Assembly (NCBI GenBank): GCA_965248195.1
Contig: CBDFIQ010000002.1
Span: forward strand, 864,001-928,000
Length of the DNA: 64,000 nucleotides
Reading direction: 5' to 3'
Source of the DNA: Longimicrobiales bacterium
GTDB taxonomy: Bacteria > Gemmatimonadota > Gemmatimonadetes > Longimicrobiales > Gaopeijiaceae
Below are positions 1 to 10,735 of the stretch, one piece after another (within the stretch, counting starts at the first letter, position 1; every line of letters begins with the position of its first letter). Both the position numbers and the translations under genes were made by a program. The notes under the pieces are model-generated. The model saw only the letters and a list, made by a program, of their open reading frames with translations. It made no database searches and had not been told where the DNA came from.

Positions 1-325
1 CGGCCACTGCGGCCACGGTCGTGGTTCCCGAAAGTGCGCCCCCGCCCGGGTTCGTTTCGATCGCCATCGTCACGGCATCGGTCGCCGTCGTCACCGTGTT
101 GCCTGAGGCGTCTTGGATCGCCACTTCGACCGCCGGTGTGATGGGCTGGTTGCCCTCCGTCTCGGTGGGCTGAACCGTAAGGGCGAGCCTCGCAGGGTCG
201 AGGGTCGGCCCCGTGCCACCAGTCGGCCCCGTGCCGCCGGTCGGTCCCGTGCCGCCGTCATCGCCACCACAAGCCATGAGGGCAGCAACAGAGACGATCC
301 ACGGCGTCCGCCATAGGATCCGCAT
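1..325 (-). CDS. Lipoprotein with probable Ig-like domain, partial (runs off the window edge)
   Basis: Not in the ORF track. Read by hand from ATG at 325 with AGGAGGT RBS at 334-340: MRILWRTPWIVSVAALMACGGDDGGTGPTGGTGPTGGTGPTLDPARLALTVQPTETEGNQPITPAVEVAIQDASGNTV..., open to the edge. Lipobox LMAC. Confidence 0.75.
   Translation of the reverse strand, partial: MRILWRTPWIVSVAALMACGGDDGGTGPTGGTGPTGGTGPTLDPARLALTVQPTETEGNQPITPAVEVAIQDASGNTVTTATDAVTMAIETNPGGGALSGTTTVAAVA
203..256 (-). repeat. 3 x 18-bp tandem repeat encoding a (GGTGPT)3 linker
   Basis: ggtcggccccgtgccacc / agtcggccccgtgccgcc / ggtcggtcccgtgccgcc. Confidence 0.85.
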
Positions 326-709
326 ACCACCTGACCTCCTCGGGTAGGGTATGCGCAAGAGAGTAGTCCAGTGTTGGCCCCTCGGGCAAGCTACTTGCGC
401 TCGGCTTCGCCGTGGATCGTCGCCGCGGGACGGTGACGATAGCTGCCGGGCTGCCCCGGACGTAAATCTCCCTGTTTTTGCCTCGTGGTCGTACATTTGT
501 GCATGCACCGTAACGAGCACGATTCCTCCTCAGGCAGCCCTATGAGCGACAAATTTCCGATGAAACAGCACAGAGGATCTCGACCGCAGATGTGCGACGT
601 CGACGAGATGGTGTTGGTGCCGGGGTCCACCTGACAGGAGAAAATCGACCGCCTCGGGTGGGCGGCAGGGATCGCGTTCGTCTCTTACGGCTTACGCATT
701 GGGATCCGG

Positions 710-1468
710 GTGAGTAGCCCGGAGATCATGGATCGGATTGAAGGAGTGCTTCCACCGTATGTCAGGCCCGCTCGCGGCCCCCGCGTCGGTGGTTTGTATT
801 CGCTGATAGCCAGCGGAACCAAGGTCGGCTCCAGCCGTCGCCGTTTCAACATTCTTTATGCGGGCGCGCGACGGCTGACACGAACGAAGGACACGGACGA
901 GGCACTGGATAAACTCGAGGGGCACCTGCAGCTATACGTCGCGGAACATGCCCGCCGCAGGGTGTTCGTCCACGCCGGCGTCGTGGGCTGGCGTGGCAGG
1001 GCCATCGTCATCCCGGGGCGCACGATGAGCGGCAAGTCGACTCTGGTCAAGGCATTGGTCGAGGCGGGAGCGACGTACTACTCAGATGAATACGCCGTTC
1101 TTGATAAGCATGGTCGGGTGCATCCCTATGCGAAGGCTCTGTCGATGCGGCAGAACGGGGGTGGACGCCCGAAGAAGGTCCTTCCGGAAGCTTTGGGCGG
1201 AAAAACCGGTGTCAGACCGCTCTCGGTAGGTTTGGTCGTCGCGACCCACTACCAGCCCGATGCTCGCTGGCGACCGCGTCAGCTTTCGCCTGGGCGGGCG
1301 GTGATGGAGCTCTTGGCCCACACCGTCCCCGCCAGACGCGATCCGGAGCGGGTCTTCGCAACGCTGCCTTCGGCCACGGCCGACGCGATGGTGCTAAAGG
1401 GGGCGCGTGGTGAGGCCACCGAAATCGCCGAAGTCCTCTTGGCCCGGTTAACGGAACGGGCGGGCTGA
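710..1468 (+). CDS. HPr kinase-related P-loop kinase (true start uncertain; frame open from 635)
   Basis: HAGVV...GRTMSGKSTL Walker A and YYSDEYAVL motif, typical of HprK-related kinases. Confidence 0.75.
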   Translation: MSSPEIMDRIEGVLPPYVRPARGPRVGGLYSLIASGTKVGSSRRRFNILYAGARRLTRTKDTDEALDKLEGHLQLYVAEHARRRVFVHAGVVGWRGRAIVIPGRTMSGKSTLVKALVEAGATYYSDEYAVLDKHGRVHPYAKALSMRQNGGGRPKKVLPEALGGKTGVRPLSVGLVVATHYQPDARWRPRQLSPGRAVMELLAHTVPARRDPERVFATLPSATADAMVLKGARGEATEIAEVLLARLTERAG

Positions 1469-1504
1469 GGTTCCTGAAAGGGTAGCTCGGACGAGTAAAG
1501 TGGT

Positions 1505-2880
1505 GGTCAAGTCCCGATTTGTGTGTAAAAGCGGAGGAAGCTCCTCGCCTTCGGCTAGGCTGCTTGGGCGACCTCCTGTTTCTGGAGGAGTGAGAGGTCG
1601 AGGTAACGCCGGTCGCCCCAGACGTGTGTGGTCCTGAGTGCGACGGCCGTGATGAGCCTGAGGGCGCTGGCCCGGTCCGGGAAGGCGCCGGCGGCCTTGA
1701 TCCTGCGTTTGATCTCGCCGTGCAGCCGCTCGAGGCTGTTGGTGGTACGCAGCCGGGGCCAGTGCGCCTCGGGGAACGCGTAGAACTGCGTCGCTGCCCC
1801 GAAGCCCCGCTCCAGGACCTCCACGGCCTCGGGCAGCTCCTTCTTCCAGCGTGCGCCGAACTCGCCCAGGAGCTTCTTCGCCTCGGCGAGTCCGGATGTC
1901 TGGAAGATCACCGAGACCTCACGCGCCACGCGCTTGCGTAGGCGGTGGGGGACCCTCGCCCCCACATTACGCTGCAGATGGACCGTACACCTCTGACGGC
2001 GTGCCTCGGGCAGGAAGCGGCGGACCGCAGCTGCCAGGCCTGCGTGCTCATCGGCGATCACGAGCTCGACACCGCCGAGGCCGCGGTCCTGGAGTTGCTC
2101 GAGGAGCTCCGACCAGCTCTGCTGCGACTCCTCAGCGCCCAGCGTGACGGCCAGGAGCCGTCGGTGACCCTCAGGGCCCACTGCATACGCCACGAGCGCA
2201 CTCACGTTCTCGACTTTGCGGGCCCAGCGGGCGTCCAAGAACGTGGCGTCCAGGTACAGATAGGGGTGAGGCCCCTCGATCGGCGCACGGCGCAGCCCTT
2301 CCACGGCCTCGTCGAGCCGTTTTGCCACACGACTCACCGTCGAGCGCCCAACACGCTCGCCCATCAGCGCCTCGGTGACGTCGCCCATCTTGCGCTGTGA
2401 CACGCCGCTCACATACGCCTCGACCATCATCTCGTCGAGCTCGGGGCTCCTGCGCTGGTAGCGGCCGATCACGTCGGCCGGCGAACCGTTGTCCCGGCTC
2501 CGGGGCATGGCGACCTCGATCTGCCCCAGGCTCGTCAGCAGCCGCCTCAGGTATGTGCCGTTCCTATGGTCCTTCCGGCTTCCCACCCGCTCGAAGCGGC
2601 GTGCACCTACCATGGCCTTCAGCTCCTCTTCCAGCACCATCTCGAGCGTCAGCCGGATCGCGCCTTGAAACAGCTCGCGCAAATCATCGCGTAGCTCGTC
2701 TTGCGTGGCCCGACCGATCTCCACAATCTCTTGCATCGGAAGCTCCTCTCCGGTTCCGAGCCTGCTCTGCAGACCCGGACTCCCGGGTTCATGTGACAGT
2801 GAACAACAACAGAGGAGCTTCCGTTTTTCTTTCCCTCCTGTCCAGCTTATCCGCTTTTACACAAATCTAGGGACACTACC
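1505..2880 (-). mobile_element. IS256-family insertion sequence, copy 1 (1376 bp)
   Basis: Imperfect terminal IRs (GGTCAAGTCCCGATTTGTGTGTAAAAGCGGA vs GGTAGTGTCCCTAGATTTGTGTAAAAGCGGA); 9-bp TSD TAAAGTGGT at 1496-1504 and 2881-2889. Confidence 0.95.
1555..2736 (-). CDS. IS256-family transposase
   Basis: RNGTYLRRLLTSLGQIEVAMPRSR, YLDATF, QRCTVH and RTTNSLERLHGEIKRR motifs. Confidence 0.95.
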   Translation of the reverse strand: MQEIVEIGRATQDELRDDLRELFQGAIRLTLEMVLEEELKAMVGARRFERVGSRKDHRNGTYLRRLLTSLGQIEVAMPRSRDNGSPADVIGRYQRRSPELDEMMVEAYVSGVSQRKMGDVTEALMGERVGRSTVSRVAKRLDEAVEGLRRAPIEGPHPYLYLDATFLDARWARKVENVSALVAYAVGPEGHRRLLAVTLGAEESQQSWSELLEQLQDRGLGGVELVIADEHAGLAAAVRRFLPEARRQRCTVHLQRNVGARVPHRLRKRVAREVSVIFQTSGLAEAKKLLGEFGARWKKELPEAVEVLERGFGAATQFYAFPEAHWPRLRTTNSLERLHGEIKRRIKAAGAFPDRASALRLITAVALRTTHVWGDRRYLDLSLLQKQEVAQAA

Positions 2881-2955
2881 TAAAGTGGTTGTGCGCATCG
2901 TATGACTGGTGAATGTTTGTAGTGTCAGCATGCGCCGATTTCGAGTGAGGTACCG

Positions 2956-3501
2956 ATGGAAACGACGAACGCCCTGATGCCTCGTGCGAGGCAAGACGAG
3001 CTGGTTGTCGAACAACTTCCCGACGAAACGTTGGTCTACGACTTGAAGCGCCATAAAGCACATTGCCTAAACCGCACGTCAGCACTCGCCTGGTCACGCT
3101 GCGATGGGCGAACGACTGTGGCCGAGGTAGCCGCGCTGCTGGAGGGGGAATTGAAAATTCCGGCAGACGAGGCAGTGGTGTGGATGGCGCTGGACCGCCT
3201 AGGAAGGGCGCACCTGCTGAAGGACCGGGTGACCTTGCCGGCAGATAGGACCCGGTACTCGCGGCGCGAGGTGCTCCGAACCTTGCGACGGGTTGCTGGG
3301 ATCTCGCTCCTCCTGCCCGTGATCGAATCAATCGTGTCGCCACTCGCGGCGGCACAACAATCTAATTGTGTCGATGTGGACACGTGCGAAAAAGTTATGG
3401 TACCTCCTCAGTGTTACAACCAGATGATCTGTGGGTCTTCGGACGAATGTTGTGGGCCCGAAGGGAACCCGCCCGAGTGTAAGAAACACTCTTGTATCTA
3501 A
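2956..3501 (+). CDS. PqqD/RRE-domain protein fused to a twin-arginine-like leader and a Cys-rich C-terminal peptide
   Basis: DETLVYDLKRHKAHCLNRTSALAWSRCDGRTTVAEV is PqqD-like; SRREVL...LLLPVIESIVSPLAAA; 8 Cys in the last 45 aa; GAGGT RBS. Confidence 0.8.
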   Translation: METTNALMPRARQDELVVEQLPDETLVYDLKRHKAHCLNRTSALAWSRCDGRTTVAEVAALLEGELKIPADEAVVWMALDRLGRAHLLKDRVTLPADRTRYSRREVLRTLRRVAGISLLLPVIESIVSPLAAAQQSNCVDVDTCEKVMVPPQCYNQMICGSSDECCGPEGNPPECKKHSCI

Positions 3502-3585
3502 CGAATCTGCACCGGTGACATACGTGTAGCGGGATGCCGGCGTTCGCGTTACCGTGACCAGGACCCGGGGGCACGCGGCGAACTA

Positions 3586-4398
3586 GGGCCTGTTAACACT
3601 ATCTGAGGGCTTCGACGATGAGCGCGAAGTGGATGAAGGCGGTAAACATCACGTCGAGCTTGTCAAAGCGGGAGAAGATTCTTCTGAAGCCTTTGAGTCG
3701 CCGAAATAACCGCTCTATTTCGTTACGACGGCGATACATGACTCGGTCATACTGCCACGGGTTAACACGGCCCTGCTTGGGTGGCACGACCGGCGTAAAC
3801 CCCAGCTCCAACACCAATTGCCGTGTTTCGCCCCCCTCGTACGCCCGGTCCATGATCATGGACACTGTGGAATGTACCGGCTTCAACGTGCGTAGCAGTT
3901 CCCGTCCTTCCGGCGCGTCGTGCTTGTGGCCTGGCGATAGCGAGAAGGTTATCGCGGTTCGAGCATCTGCGGCAACCATATGAATCTTGGTGGTCCAGCC
4001 TCCACGCGACTTGCCGATGGCCTGCGGGCCGTTTTTTTTAGAGCGCCGGTGCCATCAGGGTGCACCTTGACGATGGTACTGTCGATCGACAGAGCTTGGA
4101 TCTTGATCCGGATAATTTGCTCGTCTTGCAGGGCCGCAAAGACACGATCCAGCACACCTGCCCTGGCCCAGCGATTCATTCGGGTGTAGATCGTATGCCA
4201 GTTACCGAAACGCGGAGGCAACCCCCGCCATTTGCAGCCGTGTTCGGCCACATACAGGATCGCGTTAAGCACTTCGAGATTGGAGATGCTCACATTGCCG
4301 CGCTGATGCGGAAAGCAAGCCTCTATCCGACGATATTGGGACTCTGTGATTTTCATAGCCCCAATATACTACAAATTGCCCTTAGTGTTAACAGACCC
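3586..4398 (-). mobile_element. IS5-family (IS427-like) insertion sequence
   Basis: 16-bp IRs GGGCCTGTTAACACTA / GGGTCTGTTAACACTA; CTAG at both ends (TA or CTAG duplication). Confidence 0.92.
3599..4356 (-). CDS. IS5-family transposase, orfA and orfB joined by a -1 frameshift at the A8 run (4032-4039)
   Basis: orfA GCKWRGLPPRFGNWHTIY...SIDSTIVKVH; the -1 frame continues KNGPQAIGKSRGGWTTKIHM...MDRAY...RNEIERLF. Confidence 0.9.
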
Positions 4399-4409
4399 TA
4401 GTAGCAGCA

Positions 4410-5498
4410 GTGCTCGCCGGTGCGTGGCGCCCCACCCCGCCGCCGCTTTCTCTTTCACCCACTGGCCTGGCCGAGATCACGCCGCTGCTTCTCAGGACGG
4501 GATCAGCGGGTCTGGGCTGGTGGCGTGTGCGGTCGTCCGACCTACGGACCAGCTCGGCTGCCCTCCAGCTTCAGCAGGCGTACCGCATTTACATCCTCAA
4601 GGCTGGCGCCCAGGAGCGCCGAATCGTACAGGCGATCACGCTCCTTCGGTCGGCGGGTGTGGAGCCGCTGCTGGTCAAGGGCTGGGCCATCGCTCGACTG
4701 TACCCCGAACGCGGACTGCGACCATACGGAGACATCGACCTGTGTGTTCGGCCGGAACAGTATGCAGTCGCGCTGGCTGTGCTCGCCCCGGAGCCAGAGA
4801 GGGCCAACGTCGATTTGCACGAGGGTTTGAGCCAGCTCCACCGCCCTTCGCTGGATGATGTCTACGAGCGTTCCCAACTGGTACCGCTGTCTGATGTCGA
4901 CGTGCGGATATTGGGACCCGAAGATCATCTCCGCTACATGTGCATACACATGTTGCAGCATGGCGCGCACCGCGCCTTGTGGCTGTGCGACATCGCCGTC
5001 GTGCTGGAATCTCTGCCCGAGGATTTCGACTGGGAGTATTTGCTGCGGGGAGACCGGCGGCACGCGGATTGGGTGGCATCCACCGTGGGTCTGGCACACC
5101 AGCTCCTCGGGGCCCGCCTGGACGGTATTCCCCTGGCTGAGAGGACTAGACACCTGCCCAAATGGCTCCTTCCCTCGGTGCTCAACCAGTGGTCGATGGA
5201 GGAGCATTACATGGACGCAGGGTCGATCGCGTACTCCTTCCGGCGCCCGGCCCAGCTGCTAAAAGCGCTCCGCCTCCGTTGGCCCAATCCGATCCAGGCC
5301 ACGATACGAGTCGGAGGGCCGTTCAATGAACTGCCCAGATGGCCGTTTCAACTGTGGGAGTGTGTATTGAGGACGGTGCATTTCCTTACCCAGGTGCCGA
5401 CGCTGGTCCGAGAGAGATCCTTCCGCCCCGTGAGGGGGTCGGGAACAGGTCCGATAGCTACAGGGGGGAAAAAAAGGGAGGAGGGGATCAAGGAGTAG
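4410..5498 (+). CDS. Nucleotidyltransferase family protein (NTP_transf_5-like); 5' end probably cut by the IS5 element
   Basis: LLVKGWAIARLYPERGLRPYGDIDLCV, VDLH, H..QHG, WLCDIA motifs. Confidence 0.8.
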   Translation: MLAGAWRPTPPPLSLSPTGLAEITPLLLRTGSAGLGWWRVRSSDLRTSSAALQLQQAYRIYILKAGAQERRIVQAITLLRSAGVEPLLVKGWAIARLYPERGLRPYGDIDLCVRPEQYAVALAVLAPEPERANVDLHEGLSQLHRPSLDDVYERSQLVPLSDVDVRILGPEDHLRYMCIHMLQHGAHRALWLCDIAVVLESLPEDFDWEYLLRGDRRHADWVASTVGLAHQLLGARLDGIPLAERTRHLPKWLLPSVLNQWSMEEHYMDAGSIAYSFRRPAQLLKALRLRWPNPIQATIRVGGPFNELPRWPFQLWECVLRTVHFLTQVPTLVRERSFRPVRGSGTGPIATGGKKREEGIKE

Positions 5499-5597
5499 GA
5501 AGGCCGAATGTTTGACGTCCAATCCGCGCTCCCCTGATAGTCAACCGACCCTTCGGAATCCCCCGTCCGGCGCCGATTTTCAGGGTGTCGAGGCCCG

Positions 5598-5626
5598 TTG
5601 ACACCCCATTAGGCCTCGTTTAACTT
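5598..5626 (+). promoter_or_regulatory. Sigma70-type promoter of the str operon
   Basis: TTGACA (5598-5603), 17-bp spacer, TAACTT (5621-5626), upstream of rpsL. Confidence 0.65.
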
Positions 5627-5723
5627 TCCTAGTCTGTCCAACGGAGGTGCCGAAGCGTCGGTGGCTCCGGTCGAATTCGCGCTGAGTGGCGCGTTTTTTT
5701 GGTTCATTGACCCCCGGGCTGGT

Positions 5724-6095
5724 ATGCCGACCATCAACCAACTCGTTCGCAAGGGACGTCGCGAGGTTCAGAAGAAGAACAAGTCCCCTGCATTGCAGAA
5801 GAGCCCCCAAAAAAGGGGTGTCTGCACACGGGTGTACACGACCACTCCGAAGAAGCCGAACTCGGCGTTGAGGAAGGTGGCCCGGGTACGTCTGACGAAC
5901 GGGTACGAGGTGACATCGTACATCCCGGGGGAGGGACACAACCTTCAGGAGCACTCGATCGTGCTCATCCGGGGTGGACGGGTGAAGGACCTGCCCGGCG
6001 TACGTTACCACGTGGTGAGGGGTACGCTGGACGCGTCGGGCGTGAGTGATCGTCGGCAGGGACGGTCCAAGTACGGCGCGAAACGGCGTAAATAG
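5724..6095 (+). CDS. rpsL: 30S ribosomal protein S12
   Basis: [12 protein letters not shown]...[11 protein letters not shown]. Confidence 0.99.
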   Translation: MPTINQLVRKGRREVQKKNKSPALQKSPQKRGVCTRVYTTTPKKPNSALRKVARVRLTNGYEVTSYIPGEGHNLQEHSIVLIRGGRVKDLPGVRYHVVRGTLDASGVSDRRQGRSKYGAKRRK

Positions 6096-6105
6096 GGATT
6101 TCAGG

Positions 6106-6576
6106 ATGAGCCGTCGTTCGCGAGCAGTAAAAAGGGAGGTGACTCCCGATCCGAGATACGGATCGACCGAGGTCACGAAGTTCATCAACAATCTCATGGT
6201 CGACGGGAAGAAGTCTCTGGCGGAGAAGATATTTTATGGGGCCCTGACCCTCTGCGAGGAGCGCTCGGGCCAGCCCGGCTTGAACGTATTCACGCAGGCG
6301 CTGACGAATGCCAAGCCTGCGCTCGAGGTCAAGAGTCGCAGGGTTGGTGGTGCCACGTATCAGGTTCCCATCGAGGTTCGACCCGAACGGCGGGGCGCGT
6401 TGGCAAGCCGTTGGCTGATTGGTTTTGCGCGCAGTCGAAGCGAGAAGACGATGGCCGAAAGGCTCGCGTTTGAATTCCTGGCTGCGGCCAAGGGAGAGGG
6501 AGCGACCATCAAGAAAAAGGACGACACGCACCGGATGGCGGAGGCGAACAAGGCGTTCGCCCACTATCGCTGGTAG
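6106..6576 (+). CDS. rpsG: 30S ribosomal protein S7
   Basis: [28 protein letters not shown]. Confidence 0.99.
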   Translation: MSRRSRAVKREVTPDPRYGSTEVTKFINNLMVDGKKSLAEKIFYGALTLCEERSGQPGLNVFTQALTNAKPALEVKSRRVGGATYQVPIEVRPERRGALASRWLIGFARSRSEKTMAERLAFEFLAAAKGEGATIKKKDDTHRMAEANKAFAHYRW

Positions 6577-6822
6577 TCAAAATCCGCTCGGGTCCTGACC
6601 GCCTGTAGTTGCGGTAAGAGGGGACTCCACTTGCTGTCTCGCGCATGAGCGTCGAGGCACGAAGCGCGGAGGCTGCCGGCGGTAGTGAATGCGGCGGCCA
6701 GAGGAAATCGCGCTTCGTGCTTCGAACCGTTCGTGCGTTTTTTACGGCAGGCCACAGGAAATTACGAGACCGACAGGAAACACAAGAAACAAGAGTAGAC
6801 ACGGACCCAATCGAGACAATAG

Positions 6823-8922
<2,100 letters not shown>

Positions 8923-8987
8923 TCTTCCTTTGATGGGGCACTAGGGCCCCGTTTTCCGGAAAAAAATGGAGCCACGAGGAAAGAGCG

Positions 8988-10178
8988 ATGGGCAAAGCGA
9001 AATTTGATCGAACGAAGCCACACGTAAACGTGGGAACGATCGGACACGTGGACCACGGGAAGACGACGCTGACGTCGGCGATCACAGCGACGCAAGCGAA
9101 GAAGTACGGAGGGGACGCGATTTCGTTCGACAACATCGATAAGGCGCCTGAGGAGCGGGAACGCGGGATCACGATTGCGACGGCTCACGTGGAGTACGAG
9201 ACGGAGAACCGTCACTACGCGCACGTGGACTGCCCGGGCCACGCGGACTACGTGAAGAACATGATCACGGGCGCGGCACAGATGGACGGAGCGATCCTGG
9301 TGGTGAGCGCAGCGGACGGCCCGATGCCTCAGACGCGGGAGCACATTTTGCTGGCACGGCAGGTGAACGTGCCGCACGTGGTCGTGTTCCTGAACAAGGT
9401 GGACATGGTGGACGACGAGGAGTTGTTGGAGCTGGTGGAGTTGGAGGTACGGGAGTTGTTGAGCGAGTACGACTTCCCGGGCGACGACACGCCGGTGATC
9501 AAGGGGAGCGCGCTGAAAGCGATGGAAGCGGAGGGCGAGGGTGAGGACGTGGATTGCATCCAGGAGCTGATGGAAGCGATCGACAGCTTCATCCCGGAGC
9601 CGGAGCGGGACGTGGACAAGCCGTTCCTGATGCCCGTGGAGGACGTGTTTTCGATCACGGGTCGGGGGACGGTGGCGACGGGACGGATCGAGCGCGGGAT
9701 CGTGAAGCAGGGAGAGGAAGTAGAGCTGGTGGGGATGGGAGCGGACCGCAAGACGGTGGTGACGGGAGTGGAGATGTTCCGGAAGCTGTTGGACGAGGGG
9801 CGGGCGGGGGACAACGCGGGACTGTTGCTGAGAGGAGTGGGGAAGGACGAGATCGAGCGGGGCCAGGTACTGGCGAAGCCGGGCTCGATCGAGCCACACA
9901 CGAAGTTCAAGGGCGAGGTGTACGTGTTGACGAAGGAAGAGGGAGGGCGCCACACGCCGTTTTTCGACGGGTACCGCCCACAGTTCTACTTTCGGACGAC
10001 GGACGTGACGGGAGCGGCGAAGCTTCCGGAGGGAGTGGAGATGGTGATGCCGGGCGACAACGTGCAGATGGAAGTGGAGCTGATCACGCCGATTGCGATG
10101 GACAACCAGCTACGCTTCGCCATCCGTGAGGGCGGGCGCACGGTGGGCTCGGGCGTGGTGACGGCGATTGTTGAATGA
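8988..10178 (+). CDS. tuf: Elongation factor Tu
   Basis: [35 protein letters not shown]. Confidence 0.99.
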   Translation: MGKAKFDRTKPHVNVGTIGHVDHGKTTLTSAITATQAKKYGGDAISFDNIDKAPEERERGITIATAHVEYETENRHYAHVDCPGHADYVKNMITGAAQMDGAILVVSAADGPMPQTREHILLARQVNVPHVVVFLNKVDMVDDEELLELVELEVRELLSEYDFPGDDTPVIKGSALKAMEAEGEGEDVDCIQELMEAIDSFIPEPERDVDKPFLMPVEDVFSITGRGTVATGRIERGIVKQGEEVELVGMGADRKTVVTGVEMFRKLLDEGRAGDNAGLLLRGVGKDEIERGQVLAKPGSIEPHTKFKGEVYVLTKEEGGRHTPFFDGYRPQFYFRTTDVTGAAKLPEGVEMVMPGDNVQMEVELITPIAMDNQLRFAIREGGRTVGSGVVTAIVE

Positions 10179-10190
10179 GGCGAGTGATAA

Positions 10191-10258
10191 CAAGACGAAA
10201 TCGGTAGCAAGACGAAATCAGTAACAAAACGAAAGCAGGAGCGACACGAAAGCAGCAG
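10191..10258 (+). repeat. 4 x 17-bp degenerate tandem repeat in the tuf-rpsJ spacer
   Basis: CAAGACGAAATCGGTAG / CAAGACGAAATCAGTAA / CAAAACGAAAGCAGGAG / CGACACGAAAGCAGCAG. Confidence 0.8.
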
Positions 10259-10396
10259 CAACCTGCAAGAAGCAGATGATGCGAAGACCGGGACCGGTTC
10301 CGGTCACGCGAGGTCCACCGGAATGCTAGCTCAACCGCCGCGGGCCTCAGCAAAAGAGCTCGCGGGGCCCACCGGCCCCGTAAAAGAGAGGAAGAC

Positions 10397-10732
10397 GTGG
10401 ACAGAATTCGGATTAGACTCAAGGCCTTCGACCATTGGCTCGTGGACCAGACTGCGGGCGACATTGTGCGGACGGCACAGAAGACCGGCGCCACGGTGCG
10501 TGGTCCGATTCCTCTGCCGACGCGGCGGGAGAGATGGACGGTCCTCAAGTCGCCCCACATCGACAAGAAAAGCCGGGAGCAGTTCGAACTCAGAACGCAC
10601 AAGCGCCTGATCGACATCGTAGATAGCCGCCCGCAGACCGTTGATGCGCTTACCAAGCTCGATCTGCCGGCCGGTGTGGATGTCGAAATCAAGGTCGATT
10701 ATCGAACAGTGTTGGATAGTGAACAGGGCTGA
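10397..10732 (+). CDS. rpsJ: 30S ribosomal protein S10
   Basis: [34 protein letters not shown]. Confidence 0.98.
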   Translation: MDRIRIRLKAFDHWLVDQTAGDIVRTAQKTGATVRGPIPLPTRRERWTVLKSPHIDKKSREQFELRTHKRLIDIVDSRPQTVDALTKLDLPAGVDVEIKVDYRTVLDSEQG

Positions 10733-10735
10733 GTG

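Noticed and set aside
91..630. Short ORF-track calls at 91-330, 113-316, 351-545 and 391-630
   Set aside because: They overlap the better-supported lipoprotein frame or lack an RBS and protein-like composition.
3949..4040. Frameshift in the IS5 transposase as pseudogenisation
   Set aside because: It falls on an A8 slippery run, as expected for two-ORF IS5/IS427 elements with programmed frameshifting.
2956..5498. PQQ biosynthesis or a canonical lasso-peptide cluster
   Set aside because: No pqqB/C/E, lasso cyclase, B2 peptidase or lasso-type precursor is visible in the window.
6678..6689. ops-like GGCGGTAG motif
   Set aside because: Lacks the nnTG continuation and lies in the str operon, not ahead of the polysaccharide genes.
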